Part shown: piece after piece, positions 61,359-64,000 of the stretch | Layout: the number at the start of each line of letters is the position of its first letter | How positions within the stretch are numbered: position 1 is the stretch's first letter | Source of the DNA: Marsupella aquatica | Lineage: Eukaryota > Plantae > Marchantiophyta | Assembly (NCBI GenBank): GCA_973895155.1 | Contig: OZ316898.1 | Span: 16,537,420 to 16,601,419, forward strand | Direction of reading: 5' to 3' | DNA length: 64,000 nt | Notes under the pieces: model-generated | Database searches by the model: none | Seen by the model: only the letters and a program-made list of their open reading frames with translations | What the model was told of the DNA's origin: nothing | Position numbers and translations under genes: made by a program

Positions 61359-61453
61359 CTGCCTACTTATGAAGTAGGCGGTCGCCCTTGTATCCACCAA
61401 CGCAACTCTTGCATTATCGATAGAAGTTACATTCAAAAAAATCAGCTTTGCTA

Positions 61454-61783
61454 CTCTAGGGGGTCACTTCCATGGAACTGGCACATCACGTGCAACAAAA
61501 TATAGGCCCATTTAAATGGGTGTGGCGGAAGACTTCCAAAGTTTGGTGGAAGAACACATAGTCCGACATGTTTTATTGACTAGTCTACTTTAAAGAGCAC
61601 ATAGTCCTATTTAATTGTAAAAAATACTTTCTTTAAAGTTTTTAGGGGTTTTTGAATAAAAAATGACAAAATTTAAAGAAAGAAAGGATTTTGCAAAAAA
61701 TATTTTTCACTTATAAGTTAGGGGGGTCAAACCCTAAAACGTCGAACGTGATGTATGGCCCTCCAAATAGTGACCCCCCCGAG
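61454..61783. mobile_element. MITE family B, complete, 330 bp
   Basis: TIRs CTCTAGGGGGTCACT / AGTGACCCCCCCGAG; 8-bp TSD CTTTGCTA. Confidence 0.88.
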
Positions 61784-61999
61784 CTTTGCTAGGATCGTTC
61801 GTTTTAGCCTTAGGTACTTTCTCACACAACAAAGCCTCTTCTTCATAAAGAACTTCCCCTAATTAAGGTAACCTTGCTAACTACAAAGTGGTAGATTAGA
61901 GTGATCCTTACCTTAATGCTCCATGTGTGGGGCACTCCTTACTTTGATGGTTGGATGTGCCATATATATGTAAGACAAGTCATCTGCTTGTTGCTTCTC

Positions 62000-62720
62000 C
62001 ATGAGCATGTAGGCAAAGGTCCCTTTTAAGAGTTATTGGATTTCCAATTGTGCTTTGTGTCACCACCTTGGGCTTGTGGGTCCAAACCACCAAATATGGG
62101 CCCCTTGAGTTGCATGTGCTTGTTATCGGTACCTTTGGATTTTTTACCATCAAGATGTTTGGATTTATCCTTGCCACCCACCTTTGCTAAGTCCAACCGA
62201 TTATTCACCAGCGTAGTACGTGACCTTGTCTTAGGTGTCAGAAAGTGTTTTAAACTCATGATGTGTGTGAAGGGTTTTTTTTTCACAAAACAACCCGCAA
62301 AACCCTACGGGAAAGGGAGTCAAAAAGGCAACAAAGACGCCCAAAAAGGGCAGGCCAGAGCCAAAAGAAAAAAACCCAACATAGCCTCTTGTCTTGCCAG
62401 GATACATTCCAACTGATTTTGGTAGTAAGAGATGAACTTTTGGATATCACCCACGAAACTCAACTCTCACATTTCTTGTCGACGTGTTGCTCTAGATACT
62501 TAGTGGTGACGTGGGCACAGAGTCCTTCAACCAGGTTTTCCCAAGTAAACGGCAATGAGAAGTACTCTCGTGCCTTCTTCCAAGACTTGTACCAAGTCAA
62601 GGCGTACTCTTTGTTAAATTGTCCACAATCACGTTCGTCTTGGTATTGTCCACTTACTCCTTGTCCAAGCCTCTTGAGGCAGGGATCATGCCCTGGCATC
62701 CACCTTGGCTTTTGACCCCC
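62000..62720 (-). mobile_element. Possible highly decayed retroelement gag-like remnant
   Basis: Fragment YALTWYKSW...TWENLVEGL resembles retrotransposon gag; the rest is broken by stops. Confidence 0.3.
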
Positions 62721-64000
62721 TTGTCCACCTTGGCTTTAGACTTGTCTTTGCTATTGTCCAAGTTGGTGTCTTCTTTGTTCGACCCATGCATCTTCCGTGG
62801 AGGGGCCACCGCCTTTCCCTTAATTGTCTAGTTGTTGCACCCTATCCAACTGAAGGTGTTTGCGCAACTTCCAACAGTCTATTGGAGGCTTGTCTTCCTT
62901 CTTAAAATGTTCTCAAGGGAAGTTGATGCCTCCCCTTAGGATCCGGTCAAATCCAAGGCTGCCTCCTCCACATGGGAGCCTTCTTTGCACTCTTAGATTG
63001 AGTGTTCTTACCAATCAATAGAAGTTACACTGATCAAAATTTCTTGAGTCCTCACAAAAACCATTAGGACTTTTGGACTCTGACTGGTCTAGCGTCTATG
63101 CAAGCAATCGCTTCAATTGATGCCACAAGTGGTGTACCTAGCCACCCAACGCCCTGACTCACCAAACCCAGAAATTTTGGTGCCTAAGCACCTCCATGGA
63201 ACTCCACAAGCAAGCACTTGGTGCCACTATCATTGCAAGTGGAAACTAGCTCCTATACAAAATTGCACTCCCTCCTTAGCACGACCATTGCTCAATGGCC
63301 TTTATTTTTTGCACAACCAACAAAACCCTAGTAGTAAGTAACCCGCCTTGATCTTGGATCCCAAGACCATTGTCTTGTCTCAAGCTCAATAGTCATTAGT
63401 AAGTAGGTTAGCGAGTAAAGCCTCCTAGGCCTGTGTGACCTTGTCATAAGTTGCAGCTAAGGTTGGCACCCACTGTTCAATCATCTAGAATAGCCCCTCT
63501 ATTGGGTGTCATCCAAGCTTCCCAACTTGCTATTTGCCATCAACTGGCATGGCTGCCCTATCTCCAGGACATGCATGCCCATGACCCAAATAGCTAGCTT
63601 GTCCCAAACATTGGGACCAGTTTGGCCCCTATTCTAGCAACCATCTCCATGGCTCTAACTCAACCAAGAGTCCAAGGGCAAGATGCATAAATTGGACCTC
63701 AGCAATCATGCCTACTCTTTGATGCCTTCCCAGTGCAAGATCTCGTGGGAAGTTGAACGTGGCTTGGCTGCTATTTTGGTAGGATCGGCAAGTGGACAAG
63801 ATAGCCCTTACAACATGAGGACCAAAGGCACCCCTAGACCTAGCTAAGATCAAGAGTATGTATTCCTCCTTGAGGTCTTTTGAATGCACCTAAGAAGTAC
63901 TCTAACGGACTTCCCGTTCACAAGATATTGTCATTTTCGTCCAACATTTCTTCTTAATTAGTAGCACCACTGCTCCACTTCATGACTTGCGCTCACCCTA

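Overview
Eukaryotic, land-plant DNA. The spliced genes, Ty1/copia, CACTA and L1 content and gene style suggest a bryophyte, possibly a liverwort (inference). Host genes: the last four exons of a GPS1/SPS-type trans-prenyl diphosphate synthase (1-1341, +) and a complete 14-exon VPS3/TGFBRAP1 CORVET-subunit gene (9012-16731, +). From about 17 kb onward the window is a nested transposon field. It holds a young Ty1/copia (21829-28377, TSD AGGTC) inserted in an old minus-strand copia, a Helitron 3' end, a PIF/Harbinger-like element, an internally deleted copia, an L1 LINE remnant, and three MITE families sharing an unusual CYCNGGGNNNTCACT terminus with 8-bp TSDs. The best candidate for a new system is a full-length 14.5-kb CACTA/EnSpm element (44170-58678, 18-bp TIRs, TSD GGC). 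It carries four co-oriented, now decayed genes: an EDM2-like composite PHD histone reader, a tandem-BRCT protein (Pol-lambda-like BRCTs), the TnpD transposase, and a TnpA-like protein with duplicated GW/RGG-rich mini-exons. Together these may form a transposon-encoded chromatin-reading, repair-docking and anti-silencing kit. Domain calls come from motif recognition by eye; no searches were run.
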